This document shows positions 24,969 to 34,278 of a stretch of DNA of 56,002 bases, one piece after another; within the stretch, counting starts at the first letter, position 1; each line of letters starts with the position of its first letter. The stretch is from a virus (taxonomy: Duplodnaviria; Caudoviricetes): positions 1 through 56,002 of the IMG/VR virus record IMGVR_UViG_3300025128_000003. One strand, given 5' to 3'. The position numbers and the translations under genes are program-made. The notes beneath the pieces are model-generated. The model made no database searches. It was not told the origin of the DNA and was given only the letters and a program-made list of their open reading frames with translations.

Positions 24969-25128
24969 TAGATGGCTAGTTCAAGTAGCAGGTAATGATG
25001 ACTTAGAAAAGTCATTATCATTTCAAAGTAAAAAAGAAGCTGAAGAATTTATTGAAGAACGAGTTGACATGGTACGTCACTTGGGATATGATCCCGATGA
25101 GACATACTATTTAATACCCATACAGTAA
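24961..25128 (+). CDS. 55-aa hypothetical protein
   Basis: Manual translation MTDRWLVQVAG...F.SKKEAEEFI; stop lies in the bulge of element 9. Confidence 0.65.
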   Translation: MTDRWLVQVAGNDDLEKSLSFQSKKEAEEFIEERVDMVRHLGYDPDETYYLIPIQ

Positions 25129-25157
25129 GTTCTACGAACTGTATGGGGATTAAATAG
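25107..25157 (+). repeat. Bulged hairpin element 9 (upstream of primase-helicase)
   Basis: CTATTTAAT-A-CCCATACA-GTAA-GTTC-TAC-GAAC-TGTATGGG-G-ATTAAATAG. Confidence 0.85.
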
Positions 25158-25167
25158 AGGAGATAAT

Positions 25168-26820
25168 ATGGAACGAACTAACGCTAAATTTGTACGACAT
25201 ACATCATGTGATCACTGTGGATCGTCGGATGCCAATGCAGTCTACGATGACGGTACTACATGGTGTTTTTCTTGTGAAACTTTCGGAAGTGAGGATAACA
25301 TGGAAGCGGCACAGTCGCCCATCAAAAATGTTTATACATCTAATCTATCAAGCGGTCAGATCACTGGTATACCAGATCGTAAGATATCTGCCGATACTTG
25401 TAAGGCTTACAACGTAACCACTCTTACCAACAACGGCACAATCTTCAAGCATATCTACCCGTATTACGATGACTCCAATACGCAGATAGCTACAAAGATT
25501 CGTACCGTACAAAACAAAGGCTTTTTATCTGAAGGTAATATGTCTGGCGCTGTACTGTTTGGTCGCAACAAGTTCTCTGCTAAAGGTAAATATATTACCA
25601 TTACTGAGGGCGAGCTTGACGCTATGGCGGCATACCAAATGTTTGGCAGCAAGTGGCCTTGTGTGTCAGTCAAGTCTTCTAGCTCTGCACTGGCAGACTG
25701 CAAGAAAAGTTTTGACTATCTTAATTCTTTTGAAAATATTATTATCTGCTTTGATAATGATGCTGCTGGACATAAGGCAGCAGAGAAAGTTGCTGGCTTG
25801 TTTGAGCCACACAAATGTAAGATTGTTAATCTTAGTCAGTTCAAGGATGCATCTGATTATCTACGAACTGGAAATCAAGAAAGCTTTGTTCGCACATGGT
25901 GGGCAGCAGAGCCATATACCCCTGCAGGTATTATTAATCTTGATGCCCTTGGAGATACACTGTATGAAGAAGACTTCTGTGAGACAGTACCTTATCCTTG
26001 GACGGGACTCAATAAAAAGATATACGGTATGCGTACTGGTGAGTTACTAACTTTTACTTCAGGTTCAGGTATGGGTAAGAGCAGTATCATTCGAGAGTTA
26101 ATGCATCATATTATGAAAACCTCTACCGATAACATCGGTGTTCTTGCTTTAGAAGAGAGCATTCGTAACACTGCGCTAAACATCATGTCTGTTGAGGCAA
26201 GTCAACGACTATACATCAAAGAGGTGCGGGATACTTTCTCTATTGATCAGCTACAAAAGTGGCAGAATGCTACCGTAGGTACAGGACGTTTCTTTGCCTT
26301 CGATCACTTCGGTTCTATCTCTAACGACGAGATACTGAATCGAGTGCGCTTTATGGCAAAGGCTCTTGATTGTAAATGGATTATTCTTGATCACCTGTCG
26401 ATCCTTGTTTCTGGACAAGAGGATGGTGATGAACGTCGATCTATTGATATTCTAATGACAAAGCTTCGATCTCTCGTAGAGGAGACAGGAGTTGGTTTGT
26501 TGTTGGTATCTCACCTTCGTAGAGCATCAGGCGATAAAGGTCATGAAGATGGACGAGAGGTATCTCTTGCACACCTCAGAGGTAGCCAGAGCATTGCTCA
26601 TCTAAGTGATGGTGTGATAGCCTTGGAGAGAAACCAACAAGAAGAAGACGAGACGCTTGCCAATACCACTGTGGTTCGCATTCTAAAGAACAGGTACACA
26701 GGTGATACTGGCATTGCTACCTACTTGTATTACGACAAAGATAGTGGTAGGATGTCTGAGATATCCAACCCCTTTGATGTAAATGAGGATGACGAGGAGG
26801 AAGGTTTTGACAACTACTAG
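25168..26820 (+). CDS. T7 gp4-like DNA primase-helicase
   Basis: Zn finger CDHCGSSD..CFSC; TOPRIM ITEGELDA and FDND; GSGMGKS Walker A; ILDHL; LRGS; KNRY.G.TG. Confidence 0.95.
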   Translation: MERTNAKFVRHTSCDHCGSSDANAVYDDGTTWCFSCETFGSEDNMEAAQSPIKNVYTSNLSSGQITGIPDRKISADTCKAYNVTTLTNNGTIFKHIYPYYDDSNTQIATKIRTVQNKGFLSEGNMSGAVLFGRNKFSAKGKYITITEGELDAMAAYQMFGSKWPCVSVKSSSSALADCKKSFDYLNSFENIIICFDNDAAGHKAAEKVAGLFEPHKCKIVNLSQFKDASDYLRTGNQESFVRTWWAAEPYTPAGIINLDALGDTLYEEDFCETVPYPWTGLNKKIYGMRTGELLTFTSGSGMGKSSIIRELMHHIMKTSTDNIGVLALEESIRNTALNIMSVEASQRLYIKEVRDTFSIDQLQKWQNATVGTGRFFAFDHFGSISNDEILNRVRFMAKALDCKWIILDHLSILVSGQEDGDERRSIDILMTKLRSLVEETGVGLLLVSHLRRASGDKGHEDGREVSLAHLRGSQSIAHLSDGVIALERNQQEEDETLANTTVVRILKNRYTGDTGIATYLYYDKDSGRMSEISNPFDVNEDDEEEGFDNY

Positions 26821-27259
26821 AGTAAAGAAAAAGTTTGACAGGCAGCTATACAATATGGTAAATCAAAAGAGTGTAGATGCTGGCAAAAAATACTTAAAGT
26901 CTATTGGACATAGAATTACATCTACCAAAGAAGATATGAAGGTAGATATTCGTAGCTCCAAAGACGGCAAGCAGTATCTCACAGAGGTTGAGGTCAAGCT
27001 AGTGTGGGACGGCGAGTGGCCCAAGCACTGGAAAGATATTCAATTGAGTGAGCGCAAGCGGAGACTTATTGAGTATGCAAAGAATAAGGAAAAAGATTTA
27101 TGTTTTCTTATCTTTAATAAAAGCTTTACATCTGCTTGGAAAATTGATAGTAATATACTAGATGACTGTGAACTAAAGGAGGTTCCCAACAGGTTTGTAT
27201 CCAAAGGAGAATACTTCTTTATTGTTCCAACTGAAAAGGCTGAACTTATTACATTATGA
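26783..27259 (+). CDS. PD-(D/E)xK-like nuclease-fold protein
   Basis: VDI...EVEVK motif; start may be TTG at 26807. Confidence 0.5.
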   Translation: MRMTRRKVLTTTRVKKKFDRQLYNMVNQKSVDAGKKYLKSIGHRITSTKEDMKVDIRSSKDGKQYLTEVEVKLVWDGEWPKHWKDIQLSERKRRLIEYAKNKEKDLCFLIFNKSFTSAWKIDSNILDDCELKEVPNRFVSKGEYFFIVPTEKAELITL

Positions 27260-28920
27260 AATGCATCCTTGATATAGAAACTAATGGGCTTTTAAACGAA
27301 GCAACCAATGTCCACTGTATAGTGGCGTATGACATCGACGGTAAGAAGCCCTACGTTTTCAAGGGTGACGAATGCCGAGCAAGGTTTCCTAACTTTGCAA
27401 GAAATGTATCACAGTTTATTATGCACAATGGTTTATCTTTTGATGCACCTATGCTTAATAAACTTTGTGGTACAGAGATTAAAGATAATAGTATCTTAGA
27501 TACATTGATACTATCACAACTGTTCAACCCCATGAGAGATGGTGGACACTCACTAGAGTCATGGGGCGAACGGTTTAATTTTCCGAAAGGAAGTGTAGAA
27601 AGCTTTGATTACTACACTGAAGATATGTTAGAGTATTGCAAACAAGATGTTAATATAACATATAAACTGTATAACTATCTGAAGAAAGAAGGTTCTAAGT
27701 TTTCTAAAAGAAGTATTGATCTAGAACACCGGATAAGAAAGATCATTAATGATCAAGAGAACTTTGGTTTTTATCTGGATATTCCATATGCAACTACCTT
27801 TATGGCATCTTTGCAAGATAGATCACAAAATATTTATAATCAGTTACAAGAGGTATTCCCTCCCATTGTAACCACTGGTCGAGTACACAAGAGAAGCGGT
27901 AAACCTTTAAAAGATATTATTGAACCGTTTAATCCAGCATCTCGAAAGCAGATCGGTGAGAGACTGATGGAGTTAGGATGGGAACCTACAAAGAAAACTG
28001 ATAAGGGTAATGTGATTGTAGATGAAGATGTATTAAGTACAATTGATATGGATGAAGCTAAATTAATATCTGAATATCTACTACTACAGAAACGTCATAC
28101 TCAAATAGCTTCATGGGTAGAAGCTGTTAAGACTGATGGAAGAGTACATGGTAGAGTGCTAACGCTACGAACTGTTACAGGACGTATGGCACATACATCA
28201 CCTAACATGGCTCAAGTACCTGCAGTGTACTCTCCCTTTGGTAAAGAGTGTCGGTCCTGTTGGACTGTTCAGAACCCAGAGACACATAGTCTTGTTGGTA
28301 CTGACGCTTCAGGATTAGAGTTAAGAGGACTTGCTCATTTCATGGATGATCAAAACTTTGTTAATGAGATTTTAAATGGTGATGTACATACAGCCAATCA
28401 AAAGATGGCTGGGTTACAAAATAGGGATCAGGCAAAGACATTTATCTATGCACTTATGTATGGAGCAGGTGCCGCAAAGATTGGATTAATTGTAGGAGGA
28501 GATTCTAAGACAGGAGAAAATTTAATCAGTAAGTTTATGAGTAACATGCCTAAATTTAATTTATTAAAAAAGAAGTTGACAGAAGCTTCTGAATCTGGCA
28601 TGATCCGAGGACTAGATGGACGGCTGTTACACATTAGATCACCACATGCATCTCTCAATACCTTGATACAAGGATCAGGTGCGGTGATATGTAAACAATG
28701 GCTCGTTCAAATGATTGATAAAATACAAGAGTCAGGAGTAGATGCAAAGCTTGTAGCCAGTGTTCATGACGAGTACCAATTTGAGGTTGCCAATGTTGAC
28801 ACAGAAAAGTTTGGTGAGATCACTAACACTGCTATTAAAGAAGTCCAAGATATATATGATCTTAAATGCCCACTGGACTCTGAATTTAAAGTAGGAAAAA
28901 ATTGGGCAGAGACGCATTAA
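27256..28920 (+). CDS. polA: DNA polymerase family A (T7-like) with 3'-5' exonuclease
   Basis: DIETNG, HNGLSFD, YCKQDV, TGRMAH..PN, DASGLELR, RDQAKTFIYA, VHDE. Confidence 0.95.
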   Translation: MKCILDIETNGLLNEATNVHCIVAYDIDGKKPYVFKGDECRARFPNFARNVSQFIMHNGLSFDAPMLNKLCGTEIKDNSILDTLILSQLFNPMRDGGHSLESWGERFNFPKGSVESFDYYTEDMLEYCKQDVNITYKLYNYLKKEGSKFSKRSIDLEHRIRKIINDQENFGFYLDIPYATTFMASLQDRSQNIYNQLQEVFPPIVTTGRVHKRSGKPLKDIIEPFNPASRKQIGERLMELGWEPTKKTDKGNVIVDEDVLSTIDMDEAKLISEYLLLQKRHTQIASWVEAVKTDGRVHGRVLTLRTVTGRMAHTSPNMAQVPAVYSPFGKECRSCWTVQNPETHSLVGTDASGLELRGLAHFMDDQNFVNEILNGDVHTANQKMAGLQNRDQAKTFIYALMYGAGAAKIGLIVGGDSKTGENLISKFMSNMPKFNLLKKKLTEASESGMIRGLDGRLLHIRSPHASLNTLIQGSGAVICKQWLVQMIDKIQESGVDAKLVASVHDEYQFEVANVDTEKFGEITNTAIKEVQDIYDLKCPLDSEFKVGKNWAETH

Positions 28921-28925
28921 AGTTC

Positions 28926-28954
28926 TTGACATTATAAAATAAGTATGTTATAAA
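28926..28954 (+). promoter_or_regulatory. Sigma70-type promoter
   Basis: TTGACA-N17-TATAAA with extended TG. Confidence 0.6.
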
Positions 28955-28991
28955 CATTATATTGAAACAGACATGAAAGGAGATTATATTT

Positions 28992-29204
28992 ATGTCGAAC
29001 TGTGAAATGAAAGTACTAGGCGCTCTGAAGAAGGGCATGAGAGTAACCCGTAAGACCGCTATCCAACGGGGATGGTGTGAGAACCTTACAGCTACTATTT
29101 CTGATCTTCGTAGCAAAGGTTATCCTATTGATACTGTTACAGCTAAACTACCAGAGGGTGGTAGTTACACTCGTTATCGTTTGAATGAAGCAGCAGCAAG
29201 CTAA
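28992..29204 (+). CDS. Winged helix-turn-helix protein
   Basis: L.A.ISDLRSKGY.I.T...Y..Y.L pattern. Confidence 0.75.
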   Translation: MSNCEMKVLGALKKGMRVTRKTAIQRGWCENLTATISDLRSKGYPIDTVTAKLPEGGSYTRYRLNEAAAS

Positions 29205-29215
29205 AGGAGCATAAC

Positions 29216-29701
29216 ATGGCTGATTATAAACACAATATCATTTCTGGTACTGCCTTTTGGGCATCTGTCGTAGCCCCTAACACCACCTTTGATGCTGATG
29301 GTGTGTGGGAAGTTAATGTCTGTAATCTAGACGATGAGGCTAAAGCCACTCTAGAAGCAGATGGTGTCGCCATCCGTAACAAGGGTGACGAGAAAGGAGA
29401 TTACGTCCAGATCAAGCGTAAGGTCAGGCGTAATGATGGTGGAGTAAACACTGCACCAAAGGTCGTTGATTCCAATAATTCCCCCATGCATAATACCCTT
29501 ATTGGAAACGGCTCCCTCGTTAATGTTAAGTATCGGGCTTATGATTGGAAGTTCGGTAATAAGACGGGAGTCGGTGCCGACCTTGTAGCTCTCCAAGTAG
29601 TAGACTTGGTTGAGTATCAACAGGCAGGAGGTTCGGATTTTACTCCTGTCTCTGGTGGATACGCTTCTTCGGAAGACGATATCCCGTTCCCCTCTAACTA
29701 A
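29216..29701 (+). CDS. Single-stranded DNA-binding protein (T7 gp2.5-like)
   Basis: G.A.WA, P.VVD, IGNGS.V.V, L.A.QV.DLVEY; acidic tail EDDIPF. Confidence 0.85.
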   Translation: MADYKHNIISGTAFWASVVAPNTTFDADGVWEVNVCNLDDEAKATLEADGVAIRNKGDEKGDYVQIKRKVRRNDGGVNTAPKVVDSNNSPMHNTLIGNGSLVNVKYRAYDWKFGNKTGVGADLVALQVVDLVEYQQAGGSDFTPVSGGYASSEDDIPFPSN

Positions 29702-29704
29702 TGG

Positions 29705-29743
29705 AGATGGGCAGGACTCTTCGGAGTCCTGTCCTAACCATCT
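29705..29743 (+). other. Strong cUUCGg hairpin between SSB and exonuclease
   Basis: GGGCAGGACTC-TTCG-GAGTCCTGTCC; no U-tract. Confidence 0.6.
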
Positions 29744-30604
29744 ATGGAAAATATAACTACTTTAGTAGAGGATATTTATGATCTTTTTTCTGAGAATCAT
29801 GAGAGTAGAAGATCAAAAGATGATATAGAGAAAGCAGCTAAAAAAGCTGGCAGAAATATAGCAAATCTTTTGATTAAATCTCTTGAAGAACGAAAAGAAA
29901 AAAGACCTGCTACATTACGATTATCAAATGTAGGCAAACCAAAGAGACAACTTTGGTATCAGCTTACTAAAGCGGAAGGAGAAAGCACACTTAAACCTCA
30001 TGACTATATTAAGTTTATATATGGTCATATGATAGAAGAACTTTTGTTGTTTCTTTCTTTTGTTTCAGGACACTCTGTAACAGAGCAACAGAAGAGAGTT
30101 AAGATAGGCGGTGTAGTAGGACATAAAGATTGTAAGATTGATGGTGTTACAGTAGATGTTAAGAGTGCATCAGCTTATGCATTTAAAAAGTTTAAAGATG
30201 GAACACTATCTAGTAACGATCCGTTTGGTTACATTAGTCAACTCTCTGCTTATGCAAAAGCAAACAATGAAAAGGAAGCAGCATTCTTAGCTATTGATAA
30301 ACAAAGTGGTGAGCTAACCCTATTACCATTACATCAGATGGAGTTTGATGATGTCGAAACTACGATTACAGACATTAAAAAATCCTTGGAGAATAAAGAA
30401 CCCCCGTCTAAATGTTATGAAGACGTTCCTTTCAACAAGTCTGGTAATCGCCAGCTTGCCATTGGTTGCAGGTACTGCGATTATAAGCGTATCTGTTGGG
30501 CTGATTCTAACAATGGTCAAGGGCTTCGCCAGTTTAATTATGCATCTGGTCCTGTATATCTCACACAAGTTACAACAGTTCCAAATGTGGAGGAAATTAA
30601 GTGA
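29744..30604 (+). CDS. PD-(D/E)xK exonuclease (Cas4-like)
   Basis: LRLSNVGKP.RQLWY, GH.D..IDG..VDVKSAS, Y..QL..Y, C.YC.YK..C. Confidence 0.85.
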   Translation: MENITTLVEDIYDLFSENHESRRSKDDIEKAAKKAGRNIANLLIKSLEERKEKRPATLRLSNVGKPKRQLWYQLTKAEGESTLKPHDYIKFIYGHMIEELLLFLSFVSGHSVTEQQKRVKIGGVVGHKDCKIDGVTVDVKSASAYAFKKFKDGTLSSNDPFGYISQLSAYAKANNEKEAAFLAIDKQSGELTLLPLHQMEFDDVETTITDIKKSLENKEPPSKCYEDVPFNKSGNRQLAIGCRYCDYKRICWADSNNGQGLRQFNYASGPVYLTQVTTVPNVEEIK

Positions 30605-30933
30605 AAACCCAAAGTGCCAAAGCAAAGGGTAGAAGATTTCAGCAGTGGGTGAGAGACAAGCTGATAGATATACTTTCTATAAATGAAGAGGACATAGAGA
30701 GTAGGAGTATGGGAGCTTCTGGTGAGGACTTAATCATGGCACAGATGGCTCGCCAGAAGTTTCCCTTCTCCATTGAATGTAAGAATCAAGAAAGATTAAA
30801 TGTATGGGATGCATACAATCAAGCAGAGACAAACTCAGGTAAGTATGAACCTGTACTCTTTATAAAAAAGAACAACAAAAAACCACTGGCAGTTTTAGAT
30901 GCGGAATATCTTATTAAATTACATAGAAAATAA
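30601..30933 (+). CDS. Holliday junction resolvase-like endonuclease
   Basis: SAKAKGRRFQ, GEDL, SIECKNQE. Confidence 0.8.
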   Translation: MKTQSAKAKGRRFQQWVRDKLIDILSINEEDIESRSMGASGEDLIMAQMARQKFPFSIECKNQERLNVWDAYNQAETNSGKYEPVLFIKKNNKKPLAVLDAEYLIKLHRK

Positions 30934-31249
30934 AGAAAAGTTATACGTCTATGATCCTATAGAAGAAGCTACTGATCCTAATGCAGAGCTTTTTAATGGT
31001 GTTATACTGCAAGCTCTTATTGACATTTGCAGTGAAGAAGAGTATAACACTAAGCATCATAAGGGTGCAAGGGAAGAAGCTATGGCATGGTTCTTCTCAA
31101 CTATAGTATCAGTTGTGGATAACTTTGAAATGGTTTGTGATTTAGCTGGATTAGATTCTGGTACAGTAAGAAATTTTGCAAGAAAAATTACATTATCTAA
31201 TAACAAAGAAGTGTTAAGACAACAAATGTTGAGGCATTTTCATGACTAA
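30899..31249 (+). CDS. Conserved phage protein
   Basis: LF..VILQAL.D, A.AWFF, F..VCDLAGLD motifs. Confidence 0.7.
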   Translation: MRNILLNYIENKEKLYVYDPIEEATDPNAELFNGVILQALIDICSEEEYNTKHHKGAREEAMAWFFSTIVSVVDNFEMVCDLAGLDSGTVRNFARKITLSNNKEVLRQQMLRHFHD

Positions 31250-31523
31250 ATTTAAAGAAGATTTTAATAGCTACATTAAAAGGAGACAGAAAGAAGTGGA
31301 CGAACAGGAGGCTACATCAAAACAAGTTGGTGGTGATCATTACAAAGATTGTAAAGTACAACCTGTTGAGTATATACATAGCAATGAGCTAGACTTTTTT
31401 GAAGGTAACATTGTTAAGTACATTACTCGTCATAGAAAGAAAGGTTCTGGATCACAAGATATTAGAAAGGTGATCCATTATGCAGAGCTTATTTTAGAAT
31501 TAGTCTACAACGAAAAACCATAG
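31242..31523 (+). CDS. DUF3310 (T7 gp1.7-like nucleotide kinase family)
   Basis: QVGGDHY, QP.EYI, EGN.VKY..R, D..K..HY. Confidence 0.85.
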   Translation: MTKFKEDFNSYIKRRQKEVDEQEATSKQVGGDHYKDCKVQPVEYIHSNELDFFEGNIVKYITRHRKKGSGSQDIRKVIHYAELILELVYNEKP

Positions 31524-31532
31524 GGGAAGTGA

Positions 31533-33209
31533 ATGTTTAAATCTAATAAAAATCCACAGTTTAGATCAAAGTTTTCTGAAGATATCTTTTATACAAAGTA
31601 CGCACATGCTGGTGCTGAAACCATGCATGAACTTGCAGCTACTTTAGTAGAAGATGTGTGTCAAGAATATATGAGTAAGCCTGAGAAGGATGAGCTTGTC
31701 AGTCACATTGCAGACCTACGGTTTTTGCCGGGAGGTCGCTACCTTTATTATGCAGGTAGAGATAAAAAGTTTTTTAATAATTGTTATCTTCTTAATTGTG
31801 AAGAAGACACTAGAGAAGATTGGGCTAATCTCTCATGGAAATCTGAGTCCTGTCTGATGACAGGTGGTGGCATTGGTGCCGACTATTCTGTGTACAGAGC
31901 AGAGGGTAAAACTCTAGGAGGTACTGGTGGTATCTCCAGTGGTCCTCTACCTAAGATGCAGATGATCAATGAAATTGGCCGAAGGGTCATGCAAGGTGGT
32001 AGTCGTAGGTCTGCTATCTATGCTAGTCTTAATTGGAAACATGAAGATGTTTATAAGTTTCTTTCTGCAAAGAATTGGAAAGATATGCCTGTTGGTACAA
32101 CGGGACAGTCCTTGTTTGATATTAAACAAGATGACTTTAATTTTCCTGCACCTTTAGATATGACAAATATAAGTGTAAACTATGACACTGAATGGCTGTT
32201 AAATTATTGGAATACAGGAGAACTTGGGGATGTCTTTATTACTAATGTACGGCAAGCTTTATCAACTGCAGAACCGGGATTTAGTTTCAACTTCTTTGAT
32301 AAAGAAAAAGAGACACTGCGAAATGCATGCACAGAGGTTACATCAGAAGATGATTCCGATGTCTGTAACTTGGGTAGTCTTAACTTTGCTAGGATTGATG
32401 GCGTTGAGCAGCTACGCTCTGTGGTTGAGTTAGCTACTAAATTTTTAATATGTGGTACTCTACGAGCGCAACTTCCCTACGAAAAGGTTTATAAAACAAG
32501 AGAAAAGAACCGCCGTCTTGGTTTAGGTTTGATGGGACTGCATGAGTGGTTGATACAACGAGGCAGTAAATACGAGACAACAGAAGAGATGCATCGTTGG
32601 TTGAAGATTTACAAATCAGAATCTGATAAAGTTTCTGATGAGTTCTCTGATTTATTAGGCGTCTCTCGTCCGGTAGCAAAGAGAGCAGTAGCACCTACAG
32701 GAACTATTGGTATCATTGCTGGTACTTCTACAGGAGTAGAGCCTATCTTTGCTGTAGCTTACAAACGTAGGTATCTCAAGAACCGTAGGTGGCATTACCA
32801 ATATGTGGTTGACAGTGCTGCTCAAGAGATGATTGAGTTGTATGATGCTGATCCTGACTCGATTGAATCAGCTATAGATTTAGCTACAGACTACGAACGT
32901 AGACTTTCTTTTCAGGCAAACATTCAAGAGTATGTCGATATGTCTATCTCCAGTACAATTAATCTACCTACTTGGGGATCAAAAGATAACAATGAAGACC
33001 TTGTTGTTCCCTTTGCTAATACCCTTGCTAAGTATGCACACAGACTTAGAGGATTCACCTGCTACCCTGACGGTAGTCGAGGAGGTCAACCTTTAACTGT
33101 TGTACCCTACAAAGAAGCTGTCGATAAGCTTGGTGAAGAGTTTGAAGAGAACATTCAAACACATGATATCTGTGAGATAGCAGGTACAGGAGGAGTGTGT
33201 GGTGTTTAA
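31533..33209 (+). CDS. nrdJ: Ribonucleotide reductase, class II (B12-dependent)
   Basis: PGGRYL, NNC, GGSRRSA, NACTE, CNLGS, APTGT, C-terminal Cys pair; no beta-subunit gene seen. Confidence 0.85.
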   Translation: MFKSNKNPQFRSKFSEDIFYTKYAHAGAETMHELAATLVEDVCQEYMSKPEKDELVSHIADLRFLPGGRYLYYAGRDKKFFNNCYLLNCEEDTREDWANLSWKSESCLMTGGGIGADYSVYRAEGKTLGGTGGISSGPLPKMQMINEIGRRVMQGGSRRSAIYASLNWKHEDVYKFLSAKNWKDMPVGTTGQSLFDIKQDDFNFPAPLDMTNISVNYDTEWLLNYWNTGELGDVFITNVRQALSTAEPGFSFNFFDKEKETLRNACTEVTSEDDSDVCNLGSLNFARIDGVEQLRSVVELATKFLICGTLRAQLPYEKVYKTREKNRRLGLGLMGLHEWLIQRGSKYETTEEMHRWLKIYKSESDKVSDEFSDLLGVSRPVAKRAVAPTGTIGIIAGTSTGVEPIFAVAYKRRYLKNRRWHYQYVVDSAAQEMIELYDADPDSIESAIDLATDYERRLSFQANIQEYVDMSISSTINLPTWGSKDNNEDLVVPFANTLAKYAHRLRGFTCYPDGSRGGQPLTVVPYKEAVDKLGEEFEENIQTHDICEIAGTGGVCGV

Positions 33210-33747
33210 TAAAAAAGAATACAACAAAGAATATCGCTCAACACCTAAATATAAAAAATATAAAAAAGAATACGACAAAAAATATAATTCAAAACCTGAA
33301 GTTAAAGAACGTAAAAAAGAATACGAATCAAGACCTGAAGTTAAAAAACGTATGAAAGAATATAAAAAAAATTGGGGTCAATCATTTGTGGGAAAATTGT
33401 CGATAGTAAAGTCGAGAAGCAAAAAAAAGAATCTTGAATTTAATTTAACAATAGAATACTTAAAAAGTATATATCCAAAAAATAATATGTGTCCTCTGTT
33501 AAATATACCATTAGATTGGCAGAGTTCTCACAAGCATCCTAACACTCCATCGTTAGATAGAATTGATAGCAGTAAAGGATATATAAAAGGAAATGTACAA
33601 TGGGTAAGTTGGAGAGCTAATCAACTTATGTCTAATGCAACTCCAGATGAGCTTCTTATGCTTGCTCAAAACTACAAAAAGATATACAATCAAAAACTTT
33701 ATGGTGATAGTTTATTTGATCCAGAAGCAACAGAGACTTTAAGATGA
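33199..33747 (+). CDS. HNH/endonuclease VII-like protein (putative free-standing homing endonuclease)
   Basis: CP.L.IP, PSLDRIDSSKGYIKGNV..VS..AN; N-terminal Y.S.PEVK repeats. Confidence 0.7.
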   Translation: MVFNKKEYNKEYRSTPKYKKYKKEYDKKYNSKPEVKERKKEYESRPEVKKRMKEYKKNWGQSFVGKLSIVKSRSKKKNLEFNLTIEYLKSIYPKNNMCPLLNIPLDWQSSHKHPNTPSLDRIDSSKGYIKGNVQWVSWRANQLMSNATPDELLMLAQNYKKIYNQKLYGDSLFDPEATETLR

Positions 33748-34103
33748 GACAATTTATATTCGATTCATGGAATGGTATTATGAATGCTAATGCTAACCCA
33801 CTAAAAAATATAACCGATATGCAAGTAAGACATCTTGTACTACAAACACTAGCATGGATGTGGTGCATTACATTTTCTATAATGATAGGCGATTTACTCT
33901 TCTTTGGTTATACACTTGTCGCACATACTGTTTTAATAGCTGCTATTGTCATAACAGTCAGTACTTTTGAGGCAGCAAGAAGAAGTCCTACAAGTTTTGA
34001 CTTTATTAAAAAATATCACACACCTTCTAGAAGTAGATATCAATGGTACAATGGTAAAAGAATAACTTACCAAGATGGTGATCCCGGTGGGGAACATGAA
34101 TAA
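33744..34103 (+). CDS. Membrane protein of unknown function
   Basis: Two hydrophobic segments; ATGA overlap. Confidence 0.7.
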   Translation: MRQFIFDSWNGIMNANANPLKNITDMQVRHLVLQTLAWMWCITFSIMIGDLLFFGYTLVAHTVLIAAIVITVSTFEAARRSPTSFDFIKKYHTPSRSRYQWYNGKRITYQDGDPGGEHE

Positions 34104-34108
34104 TATAT

Positions 34109-34185
34109 ACTCTCGTAGCTCAACTGGATAGAGCAACAGACTTCTAATCTGTAGGTTGCAGGTTCAAGTCCTGCCGAGAGTGCCA
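34109..34185 (+). tRNA. tRNA-Arg (anticodon TCT)
   Basis: Acceptor ACTCTCG/CGAGAGT, D-loop with GG, anticodon arm ACAGA-CTTCTAA-TCTGT, GGTTCAAGTCC T-arm, encoded CCA. Confidence 0.96.
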
Positions 34186-34194
34186 AAAAAAAGC

Positions 34195-34225
34195 TTGACA
34201 AAAATAAAAAAATATGTTATATACT
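34195..34225 (+). promoter_or_regulatory. Sigma70-type promoter for hsp20
   Basis: TTGACA-N17-TATATA (TATACT 2 nt further). Confidence 0.6.
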
Positions 34226-34227
34226 AA

Positions 34228-34278
34228 GCGGGAATGCCTTAATGGGTTCCCGCAACATCTTGCTAAAAGGAGATAACA
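34228..34278 (+). promoter_or_regulatory. ROSE-like RNA thermometer 5'UTR
   Basis: Hairpin GCGGGAA..TTCCCGC, then ATCTTGCT-AAA-AGGAGAT pairing UUGCU with the SD and leaving a bulged G. Confidence 0.65.

Noticed and set aside
17042-25157. Hairpin elements as ordinary intrinsic terminators
   Set aside because: No 3' U-tracts, AT-rich bases, and an RBS for the next co-oriented gene follows closely
27256-28920. DnaJ-domain insertion characteristic of HMO-2011-type polymerases
   Set aside because: No CxxCxGxG repeats in this polymerase, so that assignment is not supported
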